A DNA stretch of 64,000 nt, taken from positions 992,001 through 1,056,000 of the forward strand of contig NW_027271034.1 of NCBI RefSeq assembly GCF_040938485.1. The letters run 5' to 3'. The stretch comes from Diadema antillarum. Taxonomy: Eukaryota. The position numbers and the translations under genes are program-made. The notes under the pieces are model-generated. The model was not told the origin of the DNA, did not search any database, and was given only the letters and a program-made list of their open reading frames with translations. Of the stretch, positions 46,201 to 59,887 are shown one piece after another (position 1 is the stretch's first letter; each line of letters begins with the position of its first letter).

Positions 46201-49200
46201 TATACAGATTTAACAATCGCGATTCAATCACTTGGCGACCATCGTATATTACGCAAGTATTAGGCTTGTAGGTCTTTGTATTTCTTTGTCGGTAAAAATT
46301 ATGACTGTAATGTAAATATGATTTCGCTACTTCTCGATATTTTGTACTCGTTAGATGTCAAGTCTTGTGAATGAGTGCTGTGACAAACTCGTGCACAACA
46401 TCGGCAAACTACAGGCAGAAAACAACCAATTGATTGAATGTTTTTCGTGAGTATTCCCTTTTTTTTAAGCGGGACCAGTTGACCAATTAGTATTTCGCCG
46501 ACAGAATGATATAAATAAAGTTCTATCGACAAATTAGTGCTTTTTTTTTTTGAAGGGTGTATAAATTTGTTAGAGTGTTTAGAAGGTAATTAACATTGGT
46601 TTATAAGTACTTGTATGTTGCTTACAACAGACTGAGCCAACTTCTCTATATAACATTATCATTCAGGACTATAACTTGGAAAGTAAAGCGTATGCACGTC
46701 CATAATTTCCGTTTCAGTTGAATTTCGCAAATTAACTCACTGAAGCAACAAACACCCTCATAATGGATCCATGCTTGTTTTTGTGCGGATATGAATATGT
46801 ATGGGTATATACATAAATGCTTCCGTGAAATATTGCAGAAAATGGAAGTGCTTTGAACCAAGATTCGGATACAAAATGATTTGCCTGTAAATGAGGCTAA
46901 GCTGCAGAGTGATTATCATTTACATCTCTATAGGCCTGTAGCTCACGATTTATTTGAAAAGGTAAATGTTTAAAGTTTTTTCTAAATGATTAATAAAAAT
47001 GCAGAACTTTTGGTCGCTTCTCCATGGATGGTATTGCCCGGTGTGCCTTCGGACTTCAGGTGGACTCTCAGAACAACCCAGACGACCCGTTTGTTGAGAA
47101 CGCGCGACAGTTGATCAATGGCTTTGCTGCGATCAACACGAACGCGACCAACCCGCTCTTGGTGCTTGCTGGTGAGATCGAGATATCCCTCCCGGGACAG
47201 GCTCTTTGTATAAATTCTGTTGACGGCGCACAGTGGGCCAGAGAGATACCAAAGTGCGCCAAAAGTCACTTTGGGCACTTGGGATTTTTTAATTTTTGAC
47301 ATGCGCTCTTGAGAGGTAATGCTTTGAAGAATATATCATTAAAATATTTGAATCAGGTATGTACATTAAAGGGGTATATTTCCTACCTGAAGTAGCAAAA
47401 TACAATATTTTAAGAGTTTCAAAGCAAATTGTAACCTCTTTAATAAATAAATAAGTTCAACATGTAGTTTTTGAGATATCAACCTGTAATTTCTCCCACA
47501 TATTTCTCAGAGTTCATTTTACGTTATGAATGCCATAAAAATGCAAAGAAACTTAATGTTCATGAATATTTTACGCTAAATATCCTGGAAAAGAGGCTAA
47601 TTATTTGTCTTTTTAATATACCCTAATGAAAAGTTTAGATTGCCACGGATTTCCAACTAAATTCTATTACCACCACATTCCCTGATGTCTCAGCTTTAAG
47701 CTGATACCAGATTTGGCTGCCACCTTTTGCCACTTTTTGTGTTAGAGCCGATTTTCCGCGACACATTACGCCTATTTTGGACCTTGTAGCCGCTTAGGAA
47801 TGCTGTTATATCATACGGGGCCGCATGAGGGCGGCATTTTTTTATTCATTTATTTTTTTCTCGCACGTTAAAGACACAGAAACATGAATAACACTGAATA
47901 AGAGGCAAACAGAGTTATAAAATACATGTATAGGGCTAGTCCGGCACCTAAAAGACCCCTCCTCCGAAGATAAAAGAGTACATAATTGCACATAGCCAAG
48001 GCCATGTAGCCATATTGTCCATAATTGTCATAGCCACTACTGTAAACATAGCTATTCCCACTGGGATACATATTGTATGGACACCAAAATACATGTACTT
48101 CGATGCTACTCTTGACATATGCAGATAGACCGTTAAACACCAAAACACAGAGATTTTATTCTCATCGGCTACTCGTTGGAAGCAAAGACTGTTGCTTTCC
48201 GGCCGCTCAGCAAAGTGTATAGTATCGCAGTTTGTGAATCCGATTGCAGGTCAATGTCAGACATTGCTCGCGTGATCCTCATCGGACGATTTTGCCTCAT
48301 CGGATCATGCCTGACATGTCTGACATTGACCTGATAGGCGACCAATACAAGTCGGATTCATCAGACTGTGATCCCATACACTTTGTGGGTTGTCGGAAGC
48401 AAAAAAAAAAAAAACTTTACTTCCGACGACTGATGAGAAAAAAAAAAATCACTGTGGAACGTGGATGAATTTATAATTTCATATGATTGTGATTTCGATA
48501 AATTTTTCATTAAAAAAAAAATCTTATTATTTTAGTTTTTCCAAGTAAACTTTCATACACGGCAGACTCATTCTTAGCTTCTAAGTCACAACCTTTCATT
48601 TTCCTGATTACTGACTTCACAATTTGTTATCCTTCCATTTAAATTAGACAAAATGGTTTTTGCGCTTGTATGAATTGATATGGCATAGGCCTAAGATTAT
48701 ATATGAAGTAGAGAGATAAGAACTTTATCGGAGATTGATTTTGTATCGCGCGTTTATGTCCCGCTATAGAATAAAGTGAAAAAATTCACCCAAACGTACA
48801 GCGTACATCATAAACTTATATTCTAACTAGTTTACACGGACAACAGTATCATTTTGCAAGGCTTTTGCAGTACGTGTGTAATATGGAACTTTCAGCATAA
48901 ATTCGATTCTTTTAACGAAACCCGAATGTTTATACACTTTCTATGACATGTAAGCATCGTGTATTCAATGGTAGTAGATAAGCAATGTCAGTGAAGGTGA
49001 AAAGATAAATTAATCTTTAAAGAAAAAAATAACAGCCTAAGATTTGCATTGCTTTATTCGTCATTTACAGACAGATTTTTGGTAGCCAATGAAAAAACAG
49101 CATCACAGTGACGTCATATGAGTTTGAAATTATGTTCAATCAATTCTACGCCCCTAATTACTCTAAGACACCAAATTTGGGTAAAAAGAAACCACGGAAT

Positions 49201-52200
49201 ATAATTTTGGCGCACTTTGAGCTCATTCTGGCCCACTGTGCGGCGTGTAGATATTACTGGTAACCAGCACCAGCGAGTGAAAGAAAGGGGTTGGAGAGAC
49301 TTCTGAGACTTATTGCTGGACCAACAGACCCCTCTGTTGATATGGCCAACAACACTCAAAACGGTCCACTTTCAATGTTATTAATAATGAATATCTACAC
49401 TCAGCAAAAACAGAAAGTAAACGCTTTTTCAGGTTTGGATTTCTCATTGAATATTTGGCTGAAAGCTAATGTGTTATATACCATATTGAAGGTAATTTAA
49501 TTGGCTATCAACCTGGTAGGTCAACAAGAAAGGAAACTTATTGCATGAGTGAACACCATCGTTTTTCTCTTCCAGGGCACAAAAGTAAAAATTGCAAAAC
49601 GGAACAAGTTGTCAGTCATGCGTATATGCTCTTCCATAGAACAATAAGAACAAACAACAAATTTTACACAAAAAGGAACATGAATTAAGTTGCAAAAACA
49701 AACCTTTGATCTCTGATATCTTTAAAGCCTAAAAGACCAATGAAGGCTAAAAATAATGGAGGAAAATAAAACATCTCATGTCAAATCTAAATTCAAATGA
49801 AATAAGAGAAGAAGTAATAATTAACAAAAAAGGAACAAATTTGAGGTTTTTTTTTTTCAAATGAGGAAATTTTAAACAATGTTAGGTTCTTGAAATTGTC
49901 TCATGGATTTTAAAAGAAATAAAGAAAGAAATTTAAACATCTTTATGTTTTTTATTCCCTATGTCATTTGAAGTTTGACTGGACAGAAAATTCCTATTTT
50001 TCCCTTTTAGTTTCCCACTTTGTTTTTCTTAGAGGTTATAAAGAGATAAAGAGAACAAAAACTTATTTTTCCTATTTCGTTCATGTCTCTCATTGTGTTA
50101 AAGTGGTCTTTTGTTGTCAATGTTATTGTGAAGGGCACTTGCAAATGAAAGAGAACATGTCAATTTTTGCAAGTTCTAATTTTGTGCCTGGGAGGACAAA
50201 AACGAATGTGCTCACTTATGCGTAATGTTTTCTCTTTAATTAACCTATGAGCGTAATAGCCAATTAAATCACCTTTAATATGGTATGTAATACATTGATT
50301 TTCATAAAAATCTTCTATGAAAAATATGACCTCGAAAAAGTGTTTACTTTCTTTTTTTGCTGAGTGTATAAACCACACATGTTTCAAATCCAATGCTTGT
50401 CAAGCGTGTCATGGTGGCGCCCATTTGCGTTTATAATGAATCTACACTAACAGGATGTTGACCTGTGAGCACTTGAGAGATGATCTGTTCCGTGATAGAA
50501 TTGACACACTAATAATGTGTAATCAAGCAATAATAATATTGTGCTTGGCACAGCAGCATAAAAGTGAAACCTACAGCATGAAATTCTTCAGAGTACGTAA
50601 CCAAGAAAAGCACCTTTGAATAGTTCTCTTCATAAAAGTTTTCCTATACATACAGCAGATTGGAATGACTATCAATCTCAATTTCTCATTTTCAAGCCGT
50701 CTTCCCTGCATTCAGGAACGTCCTTAACTTCCTAGACTACAAGGGATTTCCTCGAAAATTCTTAGATTTCTTCACGTCGGTGATCAACGAGACTCTCTCT
50801 TTGAAGCGGAGTACCCAATCTGGACAGGTGAGATGATAAACTCACAGAATATCCTATGGCACATAGTCATCTCAACCAGTGACGCACTCGCTGATCATCG
50901 TGACGCGTTAAATTTAACTTGACTCCATGTTCTGGCGAGAAAAAAATAACACAAACGGAAAAAACAAAAAACAAAAACGGAGATGTGACAATATAGAAAA
51001 AAAAACGGTCAGAAAGTCAGCATTTCACAAAATGGTGCATTACCGTCACTTCACGATTGTGTTAATCATGCAGATAAGGCGAATATTATGTCACGGGGGG
51101 GGGGGGGGGAGGCCTTTGACGTGCATGCATATCATGAATGTCGATATTATGCCCTCTATATTAGAATGTATTAATAACAGAATGTTGATGTATATCATAT
51201 TATAATACATAAAATCCTGTCTGTTTGTGTTTTTAGATACATGTACATGCATCCCTTTTAATCTAGATTTAAAACATCGCCACAAGCTAGTAAGGTTGGA
51301 AAGGAAACTATGTTTTAGTTGTTGTTGCGGTATAGAATCTGGGAGAAAAACCTCGGGAGGGATGAAAACTATTAGTATAAAATTATGATATCTTCTCCCT
51401 CTTCCCCTCCCTCCTTAATATCATCAACATCATCGACATCATCAATGTTGTCGCCGTTGTACAATCAAAGCATCGAAAGGACTTCTTGCAGCTTCTACAA
51501 GACGTGTTAAACAACAACGACGTCGAGATTGGTCCGACAACCAAGACTGAAGACCTCCACGATATGGTTGATGAACACCACGGCATGACTGAGTACTTCG
51601 TGAGCAAGACACGCGCCAAAGCAAACATGACAAGAGATGAGATTTTGGCACAGGTTTGAAATACTTTGGTTCTTATTTTCTCTGATGGCATGTTTATGAA
51701 GTGTAAATCGCCTGACACAGTCATGGCGGTTGGCAACGCATAGCTCCAATGGTGAACAGTTTCTCGTTGATGTAGAGTTTAACTCTATCCATTTGAACTA
51801 GCCATTGTGAGAACGAGTGTGAGAAAAACTGGCGAACGCATTTACTGAAACAAAAAAGAAATAAAAGCAAGTTAAAACTCTTTGAAGTGCTGAGATCATT
51901 AATGATATTTCTGCTTCCGCCACGAAGTGTCGCCGGAGGCATTTAGTTTTCGGGTTGCCCGTCCGTCCGTCCGTCCTTCCGTCCGTAATCAATTTTGTGG
52001 ACAGCATATCTAAAAGACCGCACGAGGTATCCTAATTAAACTTGGCATGTATATGAGAGGGCGAAGTTGTGCCTGTCAACTTTTGGGTGCACATGCTCAA
52101 GGTTAAAGGTCAAAAGGTCAAAGGTCAAAGGTCAAATGTTAAAAATTTCACGATTTCCCCTATATCTATGCAATGCCTGGAGGTATTTTCTTGAAACTTG

Positions 52201-53306
52201 GTGTATACATGAACTACCAAATGAAGATTCCCCAGAGAGAGTTTGGGGTCATGAGGTCGAAGGTCAAGGGTCACAGGTCAAGTGAAAATGTTAAAATTGT
52301 ACTTTTTTCTCTATATCTCACAAATATTTCAAGTTATCTTCATGGAACTTAGTATCTATGCATGTACTGACTGGCAGTGATCATTTAGGAAATTTAGAGG
52401 TCAGGGGTCAAAGGTCAGGGGTCAAAGTTCAAGGTCAACTCATCAAAATGTCATTATTTCCCTCTCATCTTATGCAATGCATGCAGGATTTTTTTTCTTT
52501 AAACTTAGTGTATGCATGTATTATACCGAAGACAGATTCTCTTGGAAGTTTCTTGCTAAAAGGTCAAAGGTCAGAAGGTCAAGTGAAAGTGCTAACTTTC
52601 ACTTCTTCTTTAAACTTATAGAACGGTCAAAAGTTGTGTACAAATCCTCAAATCCCCAAATACCTGCACTACGGACAGTAACTATTCATCCAAATAAACC
52701 TATAACAAGGAAAGTGAACATTCAATGCATTTGTGACAAAGCTGTCATTTTGATATTTTGCTAGTTACGGTTTAGCTCATCACACATTGTCAAGACATTG
52801 TGCTATAGACCTATTCGGAGAACCATTCATTATGGCGGAGGCATACCAGTCGCCATAGCGACATTTCTAGTTTTGTGTTTAAAATGTTGTTGCTGACATT
52901 ATTATGTAGGCTTATACATATGTGTGTTGGTGTGTGTGTGTCATAAGAACAAAATATAGCTACTCTCAAATTAAACTGTTTTATAGGATCTTTCGATCGT
53001 CGTCTTCCACCCACCTTAATGTTGTGACTGTCTTGACATGCACAGTTCATTTTCTATCGATGGACCATCTCGTGTATATAGTTGCAGGATATAGGCCTAT
53101 ATAGAAACATTCTGATAACGGACTGGATAGGACCAGAGCCACTATAAGCCGATCTTGTGTTACTCGCTGAGTCTTTATCATGCAAGGTGCCTCTTAATCA
53201 TGTTGATAACGTATAACATGGGCGGATCTAGGAGTTCCGTAAAGGGAAGGCGCCTTTACAAAGTTAAAGGAGGGGGGGGGGGGGGCTTTTTATATTTCTC
53301 TTGTTT

Positions 53307-53363
<57 letters not shown>

Positions 53364-56300
53364 AGGGGCGCGGTCCCGGTGCGCCCCCCTCTGGATCCGC
53401 CACTTGTATAATGATGCTTTCAAGTGAATATCATCCAAATACATGCAGGCTCTGGTGTTCTTCCTTGGAGGATACGAAACGACAAGCACCCTTCTTGGCT
53501 TCGTTGCCTACTCCTTGGCCACTAACCCTGCCGCGCAGGAAAAACTCATCGAGGAGATCGACGAATTGACGCCGGCCAGGGATTCGGTAGATTACACCTC
53601 TGTTGCCAAGATGCCATATCTCGATGGCGTAATCTGTGAAACCCTTCGAGTTTACCCGCCTGCACCAGCGTGAGAATTCAAGTTTAATCACACACCTTGT
53701 ACAAGTTGGCCCTAAGTAAAACGAAACATATCAATATTGGATCTAAATGATTACTTTTGTTTTTACAAGTGTGATTATATTTGTAACTGTTATAGACCTG
53801 TATATAAAGTGATGTCATGACAAAACAAATCTTGTAAAGGCACAAATCTTCACTATTTTATTATTTTCTGTTTTTCAACATGAAATCAAACAAAAAATGT
53901 AAATACTTCTTAGCAAATTTCTTTCATGTTGCAAGAACCTATATAGCATTGTCGATATTATAGGAGGTATACACTGTAGTATCATTTTTATAGTATTTTT
54001 TTTTTCTTATATACTGTAGTCCAAGTTGTAATTTTGATAGTAATAGTAATAAAGTCTTATTCACCCAGGGTAGCCTCTTCAGTGTTGCCACTGCTCTACC
54101 AGAGGGTCCTGCTATTATTATTACCCCAGCATTGCCAGGTACCCATTTACGAGAGGGACATGGTGGGTAAAAGCATCTTGTCCAAGGACGTAAGCACTCA
54201 ATGGGCGGGATTCGAACTTGGGTCCTCCGATAGGGAGTCGGGAGTCTTATCCACTATGCCACAGCTCCCCCACTTTTATAGTTAATTGTTATGTTATTTG
54301 TTTGAATCATGAAAATCAATAAAAACATAAAAACAAAAAAGATTGTACACATTTAGTTGTAGAATTATCGATCCAAAATGATTTCTATGACACTTCTGTG
54401 TAAAACCAATGGCACATGTTCCTATCATCACCTGAGCAATATCCATATTTAAATCTGCTTATATTGTTGATTTCTATTCTTCGATATGGAAAGTGTATTA
54501 GAAAAACAACAACAGCTTATCAGCTAGATTTATTTGATTTCTAATATATATTTGATTTTCGTTGGATATTTCAAATGATATTGCTACAATGTCTTAGTAT
54601 ATTCATATTTGATAATTATGTTCTCCAGAATCAATTCAAATATTTAGAGATTACAACTTTCGTTTTGAGCCAGACGTAGAAAGATATTTAAATAACATGG
54701 TAACGTTTTCACAGCACTGATTGTGAATTTTCACAATATACTCATTTCGAAATCAGAGTGAATGCTCCATACTAAACTATAGTAACAACCTTTCCTTGCA
54801 TCGTTTTGTACAGAGTCGATCGTCTATGCAATGAGACTTTCACCTGTAATGGCTGGACTATGCCCAAAGGCAGTCAGGTCTTCATACCGATTTACGTGAT
54901 ACACCACAACGAGAAATACTGGCCCAACCCAGACAGATTCGATCCAACGAGGTGACCGATCATCCTCTTATTGTCGATTGTTTGTGCCGACATCGATAGA
55001 AGATGTCGGGGTGACCTTCAGGCAGTCACAATGAGGATAATCCGTGAATTTGTTCAATTCATCTCATTGAAGATACGACATCAGTGTCACAGCCATGGAC
55101 CTAGAATGAATATGGATTTAGAGTGTAAAAAATAGTCTGAATAGTCGAGCTGAAAACAAACAAGCAAACAAACAAACAACGCGGCTACAATTATTTTGAA
55201 AACAACACTTAAGAATAATCTTTTATATAGCGAACACGTTGTATTCGTGAAGTGACAAGTCATATTTTCTCTCTATAGGACACGAATGTAAGAAATTTTT
55301 TATGATTCCATTTTGTCGTGAATTCTTTTCAATAAAAGACTGTGAGGGGCAAATCTTAAATAAGGTCCGGAACAAAGATATATTCATATAAAAACTATGT
55401 TTTCAGGTTTTCGAAGGAGAATCGAGAAGGGCGCCATCCACTGGCCTGGATGCCCTTTGGCGCCGGTCCGCGAAACTGCATTGGAATGAGGTTCGCGCTC
55501 ATGGAATCTAAAATGGCGGTCGTGCGTTTGCTGCAGAACTACCGCTTTGAGGTGGCACCAGAAACAACGGTACACAGGATTCTACGTCAAATGTTTGAAA
55601 CGCTCTCTTGTACTCGGATTCTATCATGATATATAGAACCAGGGAGGCTACCAAAAAAAGGATCTTGCAAACAAGTTTAACAAATTAACATCACGTTAGT
55701 AGAGGAGCATAAATCATATTAGGAAACGTGAATCACAAGTAGTAGGAAATAACATAAATTCTGTAATAATTGATATTTGATACATGAAATTGTAAAGAAG
55801 AATAAGTGTTAATGAATGAAATAGCAAACAGAATGGAAGAGATTTCATCAAAGTCAAACCTGCAGTAAAATTGATTTGAAATTTTGAAGTTTCACATGCT
55901 ACATGAAACGGTGATAGTAATAACCAACTCTATACATAAATCATTTTGATTTTATAAGAGGTATACCGCGTCTACTATTTTCACCAAAAAAAAAACACGT
56001 TTTATATAGATAATAATTTATGATTAAGATTTTCATGCGTATCATGAGACTAAAGTGTGAGGCGGTAATATCATCATTTTATAAATTTAATGTATAGAAA
56101 TTATGTAATGCAGTTGTTCCTAGTAGGTGTCACTGTTTTGTTGAAAAAAAAAATCCACAACATGTCACTTTAAAATTGGGCACCTTCATCATGTTGAGGT
56201 CAGACTTTGAAGAAATCTTCACCACTAAAAATTGATTTGGAATTTTGAAGTTTCACATGCTACATGAAACGGTGATAGTATAAGCAACTCTATACATGAA

Positions 56301-56984
56301 TTATTTTGATTTTACAAGAGGTAATACCGCGTCTTCTATTTTCACGAAAAAAAAAACTTTTTATAGATAATATAATGAAGATTTTCATGCGTATAATAAG
56401 ACTAAAGTGTGAGGCGGTAATATCATCATTTTATAAATTAAATGTATAGAAATTATGTAATGCAGTTGTTCCTAGTAGGTGTCACTGTTTTGTGGAAAAA
56501 AACAAACACACAACATGTCACTTTAAAATTGGGCATCTTCATCATTTTGAGGTCCGACTTTGAAGAAATCTTCACCGCTGTAAAAGTGTTCATGTAAAAT
56601 TACAGAAGTCATAATAGTCGTCTTGTGGCGTAGAAAATCGTCATGAGGATTACAGGAGGGAACCCACCCCCCCCCCCCCCCAAACAAAAAAAGGGGGAGG
56701 AAGAAAAAGCCGTGGTAAAAACAACAGAACAATCTAAACATAGTTTTAGAAAGTTGAATATTAGTGATAACAGTCATGATAAAACGTCAGATCGTTGCAA
56801 GTTGCGTATCATGGTCAAGGTATAAACTCATCTGAATTAAAAATGCATCACAGAACCCACTTCTTCTATTTCGTCAATGCAGTTATATTATTCTTCTTCG
56901 ATATTACAGATCCCGATTAAACTGGGAACCACCCTTGTGAAGCCTCCAGAGGGCGTCCTACTGAGAGTCAGTGCGAGGAAATAA
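40208..56984 (+). CDS. CYP3A-like: Cytochrome P450, clan 3 (CYP3A-like), 13 exons, 530 aa
   Basis: Exons 40208-40269, 41321-41414, 42338-42390, 44426-44522, 45334-45450, 46355-46446, 47005-47171, 50697-50827, 51471-51653, 53449-53669, 54814-54951, 55407-55569, 56910-56984 (1593 nt, phase-consistent). Motifs: TM anchor, [47 protein letters not shown]. Confidence 0.93.
43110..43630 (-). mobile_element. Degenerate CR1-clade LINE 3' fragment in CYP intron 3
   Basis: Reverse strand reads [10 protein letters not shown]...[30 protein letters not shown], followed by a CAGGTGAATAC tandem tail. Confidence 0.75.
49398..50366. mobile_element. Tc1-type non-autonomous element
   Basis: TA|CACTCAGCAAAAACAGAAAGTAAACGCTTTTTC ... 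GAAAAAGTGTTTACTTTCTTTTTTTGCTGAGTG|TA: ~32-bp TIR with 2 mismatches, 969 bp, no ORF. Confidence 0.85.
51908..52872 (+). mobile_element. Helentron-associated element (HINE/DINE-1-like)
   Basis: 5' subterminal IR TGCTTCCGCCA with adjacent hairpin, (GTCC)n microsatellite, AGGTCA-rich repeats, 3' subterminal IR TGGCGGAGGCA, 3' palindrome GTCGC-CATA-GCGAC, then CTAGTTT. Confidence 0.75.
53218..53403. mobile_element. GGCGGATCC-family MITE (hAT-like termini) containing (TA)n
   Basis: GGGCGGATCTAGG ... CTGGATCCGCCAC; homologous to 35874-36061. It ends ~45 bp upstream of CYP exon 10. Confidence 0.65.
54036..54270 (-). mobile_element. tRNA-derived SINE
   Basis: Reverse strand GGGGAGCTGTGGCATAGTGG (A-box)...GTTCGAATCC (B-box), then GTCCTTGGACAAGATGCTT...AAATGGGTACCTGG body and an A/T-rich tandem tail. 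Confidence 0.8.
55865..56583. repeat. Tandem duplication, ~361-bp unit, about 2 copies
   Basis: AAAATTGATTTG...GTTTCACATGCTACATGAAACGGTGATAG... recurs at ~55867 and ~56228 with high identity. Confidence 0.85.
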
Positions 56985-59734
56985 AAGACAGCCTGAACAT
57001 GGAGCTACATTTACCATAGCGCTACCTACTGTCTATTTAGCAGCGCAAGCATAGACTAACTGTGACATCAACTGTCCAGCGAACTAGTGTAGAGTTCAGT
57101 GCATCTGTCCAGTGAAGGGGCAGTATAATGTCTTTAGTATTGGGAGTGGGGGTGGGGGCGGCAAGGGTCGATGATCTTACCCGCCATCAACCCCGACCCC
57201 TCTTCCGTTTCGACGGAAAGTCATGTGTTTGTTGTAATTTCTTTGTTATTTTGGATGCGTGTGTATATTATGTTTCTGTAGGGGAAGGGGAAGAGGTCAT
57301 AAAGAGAAGATGGGCGTAGCAAGACTAGAATCCCTCTATATTATAGAGGGTATAAATAAAGGAAATAATATTGTAGAACTAGAGTCGCTTTATACAACAA
57401 AGGGACTCGACTTCAGAGCAGAACGGGTGAATCGTAACATCGTCTCATCTTCCACTTAGTCGCTAGAGGGAGATATTGTTGGTTTCTCGCTCTTCATTGA
57501 GCCAGTCGACAGAGGAAAAACTAATATAGTGAGCCGTGCAATGTGTGTCCTTCTTCTAAATAGTTTTGACTTGAAGTGGCCGGCTTTTGAATCAGAAAAG
57601 TAGGAGCATCACAAATAGACATCATCTAGAAGTGATGTGTCTGTCTTAATTCTATAGTTCAAATAGTTAACAATTTAGTTGGGAAACATGCCTATATACA
57701 ACGGTGATTATTATTATGCTGTGTTACAAAAGTCAGTGCCGCTCTCTAAAAGCCCCGCTGGCTGTTGCAACCTCAACTCCTCATTAGTCTGACGTGTGCA
57801 TTTATGATATCATGGGGTCATGACCTTCGAAGGGTTGCACTGTGTTGCAGAATCTTTTTAACATTTTCGCTTCTTTATAATGCCCATGGATGTAGTTAGC
57901 GTTGACTCTAACCAGTCGTGTTTATACCATAGCACCGTGTTCAGTAGGTAGATTAAAGAATGACAAGTGATATAAAAATTGTATTTATAATAAGTTTGCA
58001 TTCAAGGTAGCCTCTACGAGTGAAAGCGTGAGTAAGTGTATATAGAGGTCTGACACGGTCTGAGTCACAACAGATTTGATCTGGAAACTATTAGTGCTGT
58101 TTATATACAATATTGCTGTTCATATTCGTTCACAATCGTACTCGAGGAAATGCCGCTCATTCCAATAATTGCTAGAAATATTTTTGAAAAGAGCTCTCTT
58201 TGCTGAAAAATTATATGATGCACAGCAAGTTATCACGTGGGCTGTTCAAAGCACCTCCCTGGTTAAAGTATAGCTGAAATCGCAGTATGTGTTTCTCCAG
58301 CGTCACAGATTTATCTATATTCTAAAGAAGATGCATTTTGAAGTCAAAGCCAAAAATCAAAACAAACTCAAATACAGAATTAAGTAACTAAATGAATAGA
58401 ATATAAAATGAATAAAGAAAGAACGACTGTGAAGGATTTCCAAAAACAAGATACAGTAGGCCTACTGGCAGTTGAGACCCATGCCACCGACGACTGGACA
58501 AAATGAGATACAATGATTAAATCTTAAATGCCTATAACATACGCACTTTTCAATACGTTTAATCGTGAAAGCAAGAGATCATGAGTATATTGTAAAGATT
58601 GAGGTATGAGTTTTCTTCAGTTTGTCTCCGGTTGCGATTATACAAATTTCATTTGTACAGAGGGATATACACATTGAAGAAAATTCATACCTCACGTTTG
58701 ATAATGTCATGTTTATTATTGTACGATGCTTACCTTTTATTTGTTTTCTCGCATGATTAATTTCTTTCTTTCCCACTTTTGAAATCGAACTCTCCAAGAA
58801 ATGTAATCAATCATAGTAGAAACGAAAATAAAAGAGAAAGAAAAAAAAAACCACATTAATCTTCCATGTCACCGATTTTTTTTTTTTTAATCGAAAACGT
58901 ATATCAAAGCCTGCAGCGATGTGGGAATCGAAGTCACATCTATGACGGTGACAGTAAACAGTGCTTCTCTTTGAAATATGTACATCAATGGATTGACAGG
59001 GCTAAACGTTCATATATCATTATTCATTTTTATTAGTATTCATCCTGCAACGTCAATGCGAATATGCAAACAAAAATGCTAGGGCTTTTCATACTTATCA
59101 ATTTAGACTGTCTGACACAAAGAAAAGAGACCTTCATATTATGTATGCTGTTCTCTGAATACAATTTTTTAGCTGATGTGACTTATTTGTGCTTTTTTTT
59201 TTTTTACAATTAAACGTCTTCTTTGTAATATTGGCAACAATTACGTATAAGACCGTAAGCGTTTATTAAAATGATTGTGTTTACTTCCCTTATAATGTCT
59301 ATGAATGCAGTTTATGTTTATGTGTGTGTGTAACAGGGAAGATAAATTATACACGACAGAGAGAGAGAGAGCGAGAGAGATAGGGAGAGAGGGGAGTATA
59401 ATAAGGGATGCGGAGGAGGAGGAGGAGGATAGAGTGAAGGGAAGGGGATATCGGTGGTTTTTTTTATTCTTTTATAGATAGGATTATTCTTTAACAAAGA
59501 TTAATGACCCGCGTTAGGGACACATGTGCCTTGTGTGATGAATTACAGTGCCCTTCTCAAGGGGGATTATGCGGATATGCTTCAAGTATAAAAAATAAGC
59601 GTTGATGTATATATTTTATAGCTTTGCCAGAGCTCATAATATCTATTGTAATAGTTAGATATTAGGCAAACCGATGAATGGTTTAATAAAGTTGAAAAGG
59701 CTTTTATATAGTTTCAACTAGCCCATTATCCATT

Positions 59735-59887
59735 NNNNNNNNNNNNNNNNNNNNNNNNNNNNNNNNNNNNNNNNNNNNNNNNNNNNNNNNNNNNNNNNNN
59801 NNNNNNNNNNNNNNNNNNNNNNNNNNNNNNNNNNNNNNNNNNNNNNNNNNNNNNNNNNNNNNNNNNNNNNNNNNNNNNNNNNNNNNN
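59735..59887. other. Assembly gap (N run)
   Basis: 153 N. Confidence 0.99.

Noticed and set aside
54200-54270. tRNA gene
   Set aside because: The A and B boxes are followed by a SINE body and tail, and there is no complete cloverleaf.
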